DNA of 64,000 bases, taken from NCBI GenBank assembly GCA_021821635.1, contig JAKACH010000001.1, positions 8,304-72,303 of the forward strand, read 5' to 3'. How positions within the stretch are numbered: the first letter of the stretch is position 1; every line of letters starts with the position of its first letter. Positions 1 to 8,883 of the stretch are shown piece by piece. The notes under the pieces are model-generated. The model had not been told where the DNA came from. It did not search any database and saw only the letters and a list, made by a program, of their open reading frames with translations. Both the position numbers and the translations under genes were made by a program. Source of the stretch: Thermoplasmata archaeon. GTDB lineage: Archaea > Thermoplasmatota > Thermoplasmata > Thermoplasmatales > Thermoplasmataceae.

Positions 1-258
1 ATTCACAGTGGTGTTGCCATAACCTAATAGGGTCTGGTAAATCTGATCGTCAAACATGACTGAGTTAGTATCGTACGCTACTGCTGGGTCCAGTGAGACA
101 GGGGTCGCCGAGCTTGCCATAATCAGGGTCTGGCCTGTGTTTGCAGGAGGTGTGGACGGAGACTTGCTTTTGTTCAAAGCAAAATATGTCCCCAAGCCCG
201 CAGCAATTACAATTACTACTATTATTACGGCCAGCAATGCTTTCATGCCAGTTTTCAT
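1..258 (-). CDS. ABC transporter substrate-binding protein, DppA/OppA family (5' part; runs off the window)
   Basis: Not in ORF track (no stop in window). Manual translation from ATG at 258: MKTGMKALLAVIIVVIVIAAGLGTYFALNKSKSPSTPPANTGQTLIMASSATPVSLDPAVAYDTNSVMFDDQIYQTLLGY. N-terminal TM anchor plus the SLDPAxAYD...IYQTL motif of family 5 binding proteins. Confidence 0.85.
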   Translation of the reverse strand, partial: MKTGMKALLAVIIVVIVIAAGLGTYFALNKSKSPSTPPANTGQTLIMASSATPVSLDPAVAYDTNSVMFDDQIYQTLLGYGNTTVN

Positions 259-899
259 AAAAACGCAATATAAAATCTATTATTAGAAGATTAGTTGCAT
301 CCGTACAAATAACGTTCTTATATAATGACTGACATTGTCAATCTATGACATACAGACGCTTTATAATACCTATTCTTCCATTGTATATTACTTTCATGTT
401 CCGATTTCCATTAGGTAATATATTGTTGAAAATGCAAACATTGAAAAGTTTCTTCAGCACAGTTTTATGAATCAACCTGTTAAGCTTTCCTTACTCTAAT
501 TCTATGGACATAAAAGCATTTAAGGGATATTTGGTACCATATCTTAATCGGTCATGTTGCTCGAGATAAGACGCTTTGTTGAACATTTAAAGCCTTATTA
601 CTCAGTTAGAATCTCTGCGCTGAACCTACGGCATATTTCCAATGTTTTGTCTCTGCTGCAATAAACCGATATGTTAAGTCTGGAAAAAGGCAGGTAATAT
701 GTCAGGGGTTTCACCCAGCTTTCCAGGGTTTTGGCCGAGTTAAAGGTCCTGAACAGAACATCAATCTTTGCATGCACTCAGGTCTAACTTGCAACCTCAA
801 CACTCAGATTCTAATCTATCAATACTTCTATTCTTTATGAGGCTTACATTTAGCCGTTTCGATGCAATCTTTTTTAATATTCTAGAACATATAATCGCA

Positions 900-1334
900 A
901 TGAAAGAATTCAGACCGGATCCCCTTGACATGCAGATCCTGGAAATTATGGAAAAAGACTGTAACAAAAGTTACAGAGAAATTTCCGAGGAGACAGGTAA
1001 AGACATGTGGATGGTCAGGGACAGAGTGGTACTTCTCAAGAGAAGGGGTATTATAAAAGGTTGCAAGGCTGAGATAGATTATGCTGATATTGGCCTTAAC
1101 TGCAGGTCACTCATAATTTTTAATCTGCCTGAAGATAAAATAGATTCATTTCTATCATTTGCGAGGTCGAATTCAGCATTCAAGAGACTTTCAATAGCTA
1201 CAGGCCAACGAAGATTCTATCTTGAAATAGTGGGTAAGGATTGTAATGAAGTGAGGGAATATGCAAGAAAAACGCTACCAAAATACGGCGTCTATGACGT
1301 AATCTTCGAAGTGATTTTCGACACCCCGATTTAG
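900..1334 (+). CDS. Lrp/AsnC family transcriptional regulator
   Basis: DPLDMQILEIM..D...SYREISEE.G.....VRDRV..L...GII HTH followed by a RAM-like domain. Start set at ATG 900 rather than the ORF-track start at 768. Confidence 0.9.
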   Translation: MKEFRPDPLDMQILEIMEKDCNKSYREISEETGKDMWMVRDRVVLLKRRGIIKGCKAEIDYADIGLNCRSLIIFNLPEDKIDSFLSFARSNSAFKRLSIATGQRRFYLEIVGKDCNEVREYARKTLPKYGVYDVIFEVIFDTPI

Positions 1335-1531
1335 CGTTTGCCCTTATTCATATATATGCTTAATAGAACAACTTTGTAATTCGGCCTAAATTTGACGGTC
1401 TTTCAGCAGGGCCACATCTCGTTGTAGAAACTTTACCTCTTACAAAATTAACCCAATTTTTGCCTGAAAATTCTTAATTTTACCCAAATTATAAGCATTT
1501 TTCTTATTTAGACCGGCATTATAATGAATTC

Positions 1532-2275
1532 ATGGATACGGGAATGGAGGAAATTAATAACTTTGCTAAGGCAACCCTTGGAAAGCTGCCAGACATTGTT
1601 GGTTTGCTTGGTAAGATAAACAAGGAACTCGCAATGGAACAGTTCAGGGAGAACAAAACACTATATCTCGGAAGGACACATCTCGAGGGAAAGGCGCTCT
1701 CACTGGTTGCAATAGCTGTATCCGCAGCAAACGGTCAAAAAGATTCCGTAATGCTTCACTTCAACCTTGCTAAGAAATTCGGAACCGAACCACTTGAGGT
1801 GCTTGATGCATTGAAAGCGGCTAAAATGGCACTCATGGCATCGACGATGTCTTCCCTTCAAGAGACAGTTAAGATTATCGAGGAAAATGAGCATATTAGC
1901 AGACATACAGAGGAAGTGGACAAGATAATCAAGAAAATAAAAGTTGAAACTGGTATGGAAAAACTTCCTGAAGGGATGCTCGCACTCTCGAAATTTTCAT
2001 TTGGTCTTTTTATGGAGCACCTGAAAGAGAAGTCTGAACTCTTGTCTCCTTACAAGATCGATCCAAAGCTGATATATCTCATAGCCTACGCAGTCAGCGT
2101 ATCCATTCATTCTGATGAATGCGCGACAACATACCTCAGGCAATCCATGAAATCTGGAGCCAAAATTGGAGAGATTGAAGACGCACTCTCAATTTCACGT
2201 TTCATAACCGGAAACAAGGCCTACATAACGTCTGTTGAAGTCCTCCAGGAAATGGCTACCAAAGTTGAAGTGTAA
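1532..2275 (+). CDS. carboxymuconolactone decarboxylase/AhpD-like protein with two tandem domains
   Basis: Two repeats of LxxKxxxL(V/I)AxAVS...(H/Y)...A.K.G....E(V/I).DAL. No CxxC motif. Confidence 0.8.
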   Translation: MDTGMEEINNFAKATLGKLPDIVGLLGKINKELAMEQFRENKTLYLGRTHLEGKALSLVAIAVSAANGQKDSVMLHFNLAKKFGTEPLEVLDALKAAKMALMASTMSSLQETVKIIEENEHISRHTEEVDKIIKKIKVETGMEKLPEGMLALSKFSFGLFMEHLKEKSELLSPYKIDPKLIYLIAYAVSVSIHSDECATTYLRQSMKSGAKIGEIEDALSISRFITGNKAYITSVEVLQEMATKVEV

Positions 2276-2315
2276 CCTATGAAGTTAATTTTATAAACGG
2301 TGGATTCTGGGTTTC

Positions 2316-3347
2316 ATGAAAAAGAGATTATTCATTCCATTTGGGTCTGAGTGGTTTGGAATTCCAATATCAACTCTAGCACTTGCACAAGTATACTTGC
2401 TAATTTTCGGCAGGGAACATGGTATTGTATACAGGTATATCGGGGAAGGGCTGACCTTTACCGGTCTCCTGATATTTGCAATTATATTTGTTATGTGGGT
2501 AGTAAGCAGTCTTTCCTCACGTGGCAAGAAACATGCACACTGGGAAAACCTTACCAGGCTTAGCTTTATAGCTTTGATCCCAATAGTTGGTTTTGTTGGA
2601 AATGCACAACTTTTATCAATTTTTGGTATAAATTCCCTTTCTGCCGGCATTTCTCTTTTTGATTTCTATGTGTTCTATGGACTCTCTCTTGTACTTGGGG
2701 TACTACTGGGATACAGATTATATACCAAGGAAATTGCACCACGGGAGATAAATTATGCAATAGTGATACCACCTCTTGCAATTGGTACCAACGTATTTCT
2801 TGCGCCTTACGTGATAAGCTATTACGGAGGAGTCGAAAGCCAGGCAATATCCTTTCTAGTAATCATGGGACTCGGAATCTTTTTCTTTCTTTACATCTTC
2901 ATTGGTTCACTTGCCCTTTCAGCACATGTTTCAACTAAAATGCATGAGTCGTTGCCTACAACCATGCTGCCTGTTGGAATAGCCAGTCTAATTGTCCTCA
3001 ACCTGTTCACAATAAGCGGCTTCGATTCACCAGGCGCTCTGTCATTAAGTATACATACCGTTAGCCTTCTTTCCATAATGCTCTGGGGATTCGAAGTCTG
3101 GAATTTCCTCGTCGTTCTGATTATAATATTCGCAAGACCCTCAAGAGGGAACCTTAGCGTTTGGGCGTATGGATTTCCACTAGGATTGTTCGCAACTTCG
3201 ACACTGAAGATAATGACGGTGGTTAATTTTAGCTGGATGTTCTGGATATTTATAGCAATAGCTGTAATGCTTAACATCCTGTGGGTGTATGGTTGGATCA
3301 ATACCGTATTATTTGTCGGGATGCAGTCGGCTAAGGCCCGATCATAA
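2316..3347 (+). CDS. TDT family (tellurite-resistance/dicarboxylate, SLAC1/Ssu1-like) transporter
   Basis: About 10 hydrophobic segments; N-terminal F.SEWFGIPIST and C-terminal SVWAYGFPLG family motifs. Confidence 0.85.
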   Translation: MKKRLFIPFGSEWFGIPISTLALAQVYLLIFGREHGIVYRYIGEGLTFTGLLIFAIIFVMWVVSSLSSRGKKHAHWENLTRLSFIALIPIVGFVGNAQLLSIFGINSLSAGISLFDFYVFYGLSLVLGVLLGYRLYTKEIAPREINYAIVIPPLAIGTNVFLAPYVISYYGGVESQAISFLVIMGLGIFFFLYIFIGSLALSAHVSTKMHESLPTTMLPVGIASLIVLNLFTISGFDSPGALSLSIHTVSLLSIMLWGFEVWNFLVVLIIIFARPSRGNLSVWAYGFPLGLFATSTLKIMTVVNFSWMFWIFIAIAVMLNILWVYGWINTVLFVGMQSAKARS

Positions 3348-3394
3348 ATGCAATGAAATAGACATTCGCATAAAATTGTACCGATTTAAAGACT

Positions 3395-3720
3395 TTAACT
3401 CCTAAGAATTTTGGGGAATAACTTTATCCCAATCACCTCTTCTATTTCCCCTGCCTTCTTTGTAATTTCCGACAGCACTTTACAGGCCCCCGTTGTTATT
3501 ATGCAGAGCCTGGATAACTCAGTGACAACATCGTTCACCGAGAGCTTTCCATTCACAACATTGTCCTTCAGTATGTTCAGTATCCTGTATCTTATGTAAA
3601 GAGCAACAAGTATCGTGAGAAAATATCCCCTTACAGAATCGACATCCTGCAGGTATGTCTTGCGATCGGATCCGTAACAATCAGCATAAGACAGATCAAC
3701 TTTTTTCACAGAAGTGAATG
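3395..3720 (-). pseudogene. C-terminal fragment of a transposase, IS1634-like (IS4 superfamily)
   Basis: KTYLQDVDSVRGYFL..LVALYIRYRILN.LK...KLSVNDVVTELSR resembles the C-terminal part of IS1634-type DDE transposases. The N-terminal catalytic portion is missing. Confidence 0.7.
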
Positions 3721-3814
3721 CCACATGTTCTGAGAATGGGGTCCTGAATTCCAATTATTTTGTGGCAAAATCATATATATTATGGTAAATTATAGAATGA
3801 TATAGTGATTTCAA

Positions 3815-4033
3815 ATGCCTACAACAATACAGGTCAGCGAGAAGCTGCGAAAAGAACTTGCAAAGCGTAAAGTGTATGACAAGGAAACTTACGAAGAAGT
3901 AATCTGGGATCTCATGGAAGATGCACTGGAACTGGACGAAGAAACAAAAAGAGAAATAGCTCAAGCTCGGCAGGAGATCAAGGAAGGCAAATATCACACC
4001 TTGGAAGAAGTCAAGAAGGATCTGGGACTTTGA
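3815..4033 (+). CDS. type II antitoxin (partner of RelE)
   Basis: MPTTIQVSEKLRKEL RHH-like N-terminus, acidic body, C-terminal GKYHTLEEVKKDLGL. Stop overlaps the toxin start (TTGA). Confidence 0.85.
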   Translation: MPTTIQVSEKLRKELAKRKVYDKETYEEVIWDLMEDALELDEETKREIAQARQEIKEGKYHTLEEVKKDLGL

Positions 4034-4284
4034 CCTATGAAGTGCTCTTTTCAGATCTCGCTCTAAAGCAACTTAGAAAGCTTGACCAGGAAATCAGGCA
4101 GAGAATAATTGCAATGATCGAACGGATCAGGATAAGACCAGATGATTATGTCAGGAAACTTGTTGGAGATGATGGATACAGGCTAAGGGTGGGAAATTAC
4201 AGGGTTATAATGGACCTCGACAGGGAAAAACTCATAATTCTTGTATTAAGAATAGGTCATAGAAGGAACGTTTATGATTCGTAA
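4030..4284 (+). CDS. relE: RelE/ParE family toxin
   Basis: YEVLFSDLALKQLRKLD...KLVG...YRLRVGNYRVI...ILVLRIGHRRNVY is the classic RelE pattern. Confidence 0.93.
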   Translation: MTYEVLFSDLALKQLRKLDQEIRQRIIAMIERIRIRPDDYVRKLVGDDGYRLRVGNYRVIMDLDREKLIILVLRIGHRRNVYDS

Positions 4285-4474
4285 GCTTGTTCACTGCATT
4301 CCCGGATCCTTTATTCAGAGTTTGATTGCCACCGTAGAAACGCTTCTGAATAAACACGTCATGATTCAAATTAGTGAAAGTGGGCTGGACACCCAGTATG
4401 GAAGGATGAGAAATGTTAGATACTTTCTTGAGGAACTCTGACGCAAATATCAGTGCCAGGTCGAGGGTGTAAAA

Positions 4475-4844
4475 ATGACCGGGAAAAATGAATTCTAAGA
4501 GAAACTCGTAAATTTCTTCAATGCAGAGAATAACCGGGACCGGAAATTATATGAGTCATTCCTTACACTAGAGTAGAGTGGATTTCGTACGGTTCCCCAA
4601 GTGAAAAGTCGTGGTTGGAAGGGAGGCGTATGTCTAGACTATGATCAGAGCTTATCAGAACATAGCATAGTGATTCAAGGTTTTGAATATGGTTTCTGAC
4701 ATAGAAAGAGGGATCGTAATTGCAGAGCTTGAGTTACTTTCAAGAAGATCAGTGGATGTATTTGAGTTTGAAAATGGTTTGATCAGGAGAGAGCGGGAGT
4801 ATTATAATGATAGTTTCTGGCTAGAGCCAAGGGATAAACCATAA
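4475..4844 (+). pseudogene. SnoaL-like/NTF2 family pseudogene
   Basis: Manual reconstruction across frames: MTGKNEF*EKLVNFFNAENNRDRKLYESFL / VEWISYG / VVVGREAYV*TMIRAYQNIA**FKVLNMVSDIERGIVIAELELLSRRSVDVFEFENGLIRREREYY. Several stops and two frameshifts; SD-like GAGGGTG upstream. Confidence 0.7.
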
Positions 4845-4890
4845 AGTAAATCCGGAAATCTGCCTCCAATTGAGTACAAACGCATTTATA

Positions 4891-4913
4891 AAAATGGACC
4901 GGTCGGGATTTGA
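4891..4913 (-). repeat. direct repeat of the tRNA-Ala 3' end (att-like site)
   Basis: AAAATGGACCGGTCGGGATTTGA (4891-4913) matches AAAATGGACCGGTCGGGACTTGA (5772-5794) at 22 of 23 nt. Confidence 0.9.
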
Positions 4914-4992
4914 TCAAAGTTTTAAGCGAATACGTTGATTCAATCTCAGGAATTCTCACTCGCATTATTCCTACCTCTTTTGGGGTGTCATT

Positions 4993-5364
4993 TTAAAGAT
5001 AGTTGGAACCAGTTCTCTTAACACCTAGCTTTTCGTAAATGTGATCTGTGCTGATTATTTCGCCTCCACACAGTGAAGCATGGAAAGAGTCAAACACTCC
5101 TGTTTTTTCGTGATCTATGAGGTGTGCTGCTGCTAATGCATTTGACTTGTTCGCGCCTTTCAGTTCAGCAATGGATAGAACACTAGCAATCATTCCTTCG
5201 ACAGGAATCCCTTTTCTAACACTAACTAGCGCTAGTTCCACCAATGTCAGAATAGAGGTGTATATATGCCCTTCATAGTCTTCCAATACTTTTATTGCCC
5301 ACGAGTTAAGCCTATCATCTGGATTCGCAATTGCGATGAAGAAATCTGTATCGGCGTATGGCAT
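4993..5364 (-). CDS. vapC: VapC PIN-domain toxin
   Basis: YADTDFFIA...D, TS.LTLVEL, FDSFHA and IISTDH.Y carry the PIN acidic residues. Confidence 0.9.
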   Translation of the reverse strand: MPYADTDFFIAIANPDDRLNSWAIKVLEDYEGHIYTSILTLVELALVSVRKGIPVEGMIASVLSIAELKGANKSNALAAAHLIDHEKTGVFDSFHASLCGGEIISTDHIYEKLGVKRTGSNYL

Positions 5365-5636
5365 TATCTTCTTTCCTTATGTATTCTGCTGTTCCTTTCT
5401 GAGACTTCCTTTTTTGCTTCTTCTTCGGCCAGCGCGCCAACATCTCTTGCCGTTAAATTGCCAATTTTCAGTTCTTTACCCCATTTTCTGAGCTCTGCAA
5501 CAGGGTCTTTTGGTCTAGGAATTAGCACAATCTCGTCTGATAATTTAACTATAAAGAATCTATCTCCATATTGTTTTATTGCATCTTTACCTATATTAAT
5601 TCGTCCCTTCTCATCCATTCTAGCTTCTTCAACCAT
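5364..5636 (-). CDS. vapB: AbrB/MazE-type VapB antitoxin
   Basis: MDEKGRINI.K...KQYG..FFIV....EIVLIP swapped-hairpin motif. Stop overlaps the vapC start (TAATG). Confidence 0.88.
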   Translation of the reverse strand: MVEEARMDEKGRINIGKDAIKQYGDRFFIVKLSDEIVLIPRPKDPVAELRKWGKELKIGNLTARDVGALAEEEAKKEVSERNSRIHKERR

Positions 5637-5671
5637 TTTGTACGAATATAGAATGTAATCTAATTAAGTTT

Positions 5672-5718
5672 GTGGGATTTTATTCTTATTTAGGGTAAAT
5701 GTGTATATATTATCCCAC
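5672..5718. promoter_or_regulatory. putative vapBC operator, inverted repeat GTGGGAT-N33-ATCCCAC
   Basis: 7-bp GC-containing inverted repeat in the AT-rich region upstream of vapB. Confidence 0.45.
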
Positions 5719-5775
5719 CACCACAATTTAGAAAATTTAAACCATGAAGTCAAACAACCACAGAATTAACCAAAA

Positions 5776-5847
5776 TGGACCGGTCGGGACTTGAACCCGA
5801 GGCCTCCTGCTTGCAAAGCAGGCGATCTACCGCTGATCTACCGGCCC
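5776..5847 (-). tRNA. tRNA-Ala(TGC)
   Basis: GGGCCGGTAGATCAGCGGTAGATCGCCTGCTTTGCAAGCAGGAGGCCTCGGGTTCAAGTCCCGACCGGTCCA folds as a cloverleaf with a G3:U70 pair and anticodon TGC. No intron, CCA not encoded. Confidence 0.97.
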
Positions 5848-5873
5848 ATTCTTTGGCACTGATTTTCGCGAGG

Positions 5874-5880
5874 TTTATAA
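5874..5880 (-). promoter_or_regulatory. TATA box of tRNA-Ala
   Basis: TTATAAA on the minus strand about 27-33 nt upstream of the mature tRNA 5' end. Confidence 0.6.
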
Positions 5881-6106
5881 TTCTATTGCAAGGTTTGACT
5901 TAAAGTCAGAGCACCAATCAGATCAGGCGATCAACAAGAAAACCGCGAGTCCACGCAGGGACACGTTATGTCATCAATACTTATGCTAACAAAAACATTG
6001 AAAACAATAGAATAGAAGTTGACTCATTCTAACTGGTCCTTGTTTTTATTTTTTGAGTTCTCAATATGAGAAAAATAGTTATGACTTAATCTGTCTTACC
6101 TAAAAA

Positions 6107-6898
6107 GTGGAAGAATACTATGAAACCCTGGATAAAGTTTTTTCAGAAGCCGCTAAAATTTATGACAAAAAAATATTGTCCAATTTTATAAACGTCAATA
6201 TCAGATCTTTAGAAATGCAAACTCTTTTAAAGTATTCCAAAAGGGGAAAGAGTATTTTAGAGATCGGATGCGGAACAGGGGAAGAAGCCAGCAAATTTAT
6301 TCTTAAAACTGGAAACGGGGTTACATGCCTTGAAATTTCCCGGGGTATGATAGATTTTGCTAGAAGTAAAATGGACAAGCTTGGAGTTCTTAACAAGTTC
6401 ACCGCAGTAAACGGGGCAGCATGCGAAATTAAGTCTATTGGGCATTCCTTTGACGTGATCTACTCCTTCAATGGCGCATTGAACACCGAGCCCAGGATAA
6501 GAGAAGCTGCTGATGGAATATACGATACTTTGAAAGATAACGGCATATTGATCTTTTCCATCAGAAATAGAAAATGTTTGGGCGAAATTGTCCTATACTC
6601 TATATTGGGAAGAGATGAGAAGGTCAAGGATCGAATTGCGGAAGAAACCTACGTTGAGGTGGTCGGAAACAGGGTTATGTCAAAATACTACTCTCCTGAT
6701 GAAATTTTATCGATATTTGAAAAATTTAAATTAGTTGAAAAGAAGGGCCTTGCAATAACTCTCCCACCGTATTTGGCGGAAAAAGTTCCCTCAAATATCT
6801 TTAGACGCATACTGACATTCTTAGAAACATTTCTTTCGTCTATCCCGATCTTTTCATCTTTTGGTGACGAGGTAATGTATGTCTTTAAAAAACAGTGA
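6107..6898 (+). CDS. class I SAM-dependent methyltransferase
   Basis: ILEIGCGTG motif I, LEIS.GM motif II, FDVIYSFNGALN. GTG start. Confidence 0.9.
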   Translation: MEEYYETLDKVFSEAAKIYDKKILSNFINVNIRSLEMQTLLKYSKRGKSILEIGCGTGEEASKFILKTGNGVTCLEISRGMIDFARSKMDKLGVLNKFTAVNGAACEIKSIGHSFDVIYSFNGALNTEPRIREAADGIYDTLKDNGILIFSIRNRKCLGEIVLYSILGRDEKVKDRIAEETYVEVVGNRVMSKYYSPDEILSIFEKFKLVEKKGLAITLPPYLAEKVPSNIFRRILTFLETFLSSIPIFSSFGDEVMYVFKKQ

Positions 6899-7964
6899 TT
6901 TTTATATGGAGGTTCAACTCCCAGATCCATATTTATCCGTTGAATTAGTTAATTACATTCAAGAAGGCGACGGATTTCACATTATAGTAACTGGAGAATG
7001 GAAGAGGAAGCTTGAAAACTGCGGTTATGCCACGGTTAATGGTCAGATATATTCAATAAGTGAAGAGAAAATTGATGTCTTGATACCGGCCTTTGAAAAA
7101 AAATATGGCACCAGTCATCTTGAAGTTCACAATATGCGTTCTGGAACTGCCTACAATCTTCGACGCACCGATCAAGCTAGAAAAACTAGATATGAGATAT
7201 TAGAAGCTGAATTTGACCAGCTATCAGAGAATTATGAGAAATCTGTCAAGAGCAACCCTATTGAGGTATACATGAGAAAGATAACTTCCGATATCTTGTC
7301 CCAAATAGTTCATGATGGAATGAACATTCTTGAAATCGGTTGTGGTACGTTAATAGAGGCCTCGGCGATCAGATCTAATGTTTACCTTACCTGTGCCGAG
7401 ATATCAAACGAAATGATCAGCAGAGCGCAGGAGAAATCTAAGCAACTAAAGCAGGTTGAACTGGAAACTCTGAAGGTATCAAGGGGCTATTTTAAAACAG
7501 AAAAAAAATATGATGTCATTTTCACTACTTTCGGTTATCTAGATCTTGAAGTAACTGAAACAATTGAGGCTACCTTAAAGGAGAACCTGAAAATGGATGG
7601 AATATTTATCGGAGCTTACTGGAACCGGTTTGGACTGATGGATATTCTTGTGTCTACATTGCTGGGCAGATACAAATATGTAAAACAGAAGATTGCTGGA
7701 ATGGTTTTGCCGGATCTTTCAAGATTTACTACTGCAACAACACCGAAGGGGCCGTTTGCGTTTTCCAACATGGAAGGTTTCTCGGAAATTAAGCGTCTTG
7801 GCCTTTGTACAATTATTCCGCCATATAACTTCAATAAAGTTGCGAAAAGACTCGTTAACAAGCGATTGCTGTTTGCAATTGATAAGTTAGTGTCATCTTT
7901 GCCCATAATCAAGAATTTTGGCGACTATGTCATTGTGGTGCTTAAGAGGGAAGATGTCTCATAA
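6879..7964 (+). CDS. class I SAM-dependent methyltransferase with an extra ~100-aa N-terminal domain
   Basis: ILEIGCGT, AEIS.EM, YDVIFTTFG. The C-terminal domain is paralogous to the upstream gene (shared PPY and ..S.P....FGD.V). Confidence 0.88.
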   Translation: MSLKNSDFYMEVQLPDPYLSVELVNYIQEGDGFHIIVTGEWKRKLENCGYATVNGQIYSISEEKIDVLIPAFEKKYGTSHLEVHNMRSGTAYNLRRTDQARKTRYEILEAEFDQLSENYEKSVKSNPIEVYMRKITSDILSQIVHDGMNILEIGCGTLIEASAIRSNVYLTCAEISNEMISRAQEKSKQLKQVELETLKVSRGYFKTEKKYDVIFTTFGYLDLEVTETIEATLKENLKMDGIFIGAYWNRFGLMDILVSTLLGRYKYVKQKIAGMVLPDLSRFTTATTPKGPFAFSNMEGFSEIKRLGLCTIIPPYNFNKVAKRLVNKRLLFAIDKLVSSLPIIKNFGDYVIVVLKREDVS

Positions 7965-8883
7965 CTCAGTAGAGAGCATCAGCATCATTATACCCTCTCA
8001 TAATCGTTACTCAAAACTCAATGCACTGCTGAAAAGTATAGAGGAAAACAGCGTTGATCAGCTGAAGGAAATCATAATAATAGACGACTCCGACTCTATT
8101 AGTGACATAACCCCGTGTCAAAACTTAAAAATTATTCACGTAAAAATTTCATTCAGGATATTCATTTCACAGGCAAAGAATATAGGGGCCAAGTTAGCTA
8201 CGTCCGATTATCTGTTCTACATAGATGATGATAACATTGTTGGTGAAAATACATTTCTGCCCGTTATGGAAGTCTTCTCTTCGCAGGATAACGTCGGAGC
8301 CGTTATGCCTTCAGTAATGTATTTTTTAGAACCTGAATTAGTTTGGGTATATGCAACGCCATTCAAAAAGGGGAAATGGGGACATGAGCTTATCGGGAGA
8401 AACCATCCAAGAAATATTGAGCTCGAAAATAAGTTATACGATGTCGACGCTCTTCCAAACTCATGCATGATAGCTAAAAAAGCTTTGATGCAGGTAAATT
8501 ACTTTAACTCTGACCTGCAGATAAACAGTTCTGGAGACCTCGCGCTAAAGTTAAAGTCGGCTGGTTTTAGGGTGCTTGCCACATCATACGCTAAAATTTA
8601 TCACGATGTGCCTTTACCTGGAAAATTTGGGTACTGGTCAGTGCATGGTCGCAATGATCCAAACCGCGTAAAGCTAGAGATTACAAACTGGTTCACGTAT
8701 ATGAGGGAAGTCCATTCAAATGACTCATTTTTTATTTGGAAGGCACTGTTCCATTCGCTTAGGTTCATTCTTCCAAATCTACTTACCTACCTCATGCTGG
8801 GAGGACAAAACAGGAAAAAGCTGATGGAAAATCTCTTACTTGGAGTGCTTGTTTCAGTCAGGCAACCTAAATTTAAGAAATAG
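7954..8883 (+). CDS. glycosyltransferase family 2
   Basis: ISIIIPSHNR, EIIIIDDS, S.AKNIGA and YLFYIDDD (DxD). Confidence 0.92.
   Translation: MSHNSVESISIIIPSHNRYSKLNALLKSIEENSVDQLKEIIIIDDSDSISDITPCQNLKIIHVKISFRIFISQAKNIGAKLATSDYLFYIDDDNIVGENTFLPVMEVFSSQDNVGAVMPSVMYFLEPELVWVYATPFKKGKWGHELIGRNHPRNIELENKLYDVDALPNSCMIAKKALMQVNYFNSDLQINSSGDLALKLKSAGFRVLATSYAKIYHDVPLPGKFGYWSVHGRNDPNRVKLEITNWFTYMREVHSNDSFFIWKALFHSLRFILPNLLTYLMLGGQNRKKLMENLLLGVLVSVRQPKFKK

Noticed and set aside
56..286. 76-aa (+) and 67-aa (-) ORFs
   Set aside because: Shadows of the minus-strand substrate-binding protein gene.
350..790. long spacer that might hold a gene or IS remnant
   Set aside because: No motif or terminal repeat could be supported by eye; a translated search is needed.
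768..899. N-terminal extension of the Lrp ORF
   Set aside because: AT-rich and promoter-like; the family HTH begins at ATG 900.
4783..4965. 60-aa ORF reading through the att repeat (KSRPVH), resembling a split SSV-type integrase fragment
   Set aside because: No tyrosine-recombinase motifs on either side. The peptide is just the translated tRNA-derived repeat.
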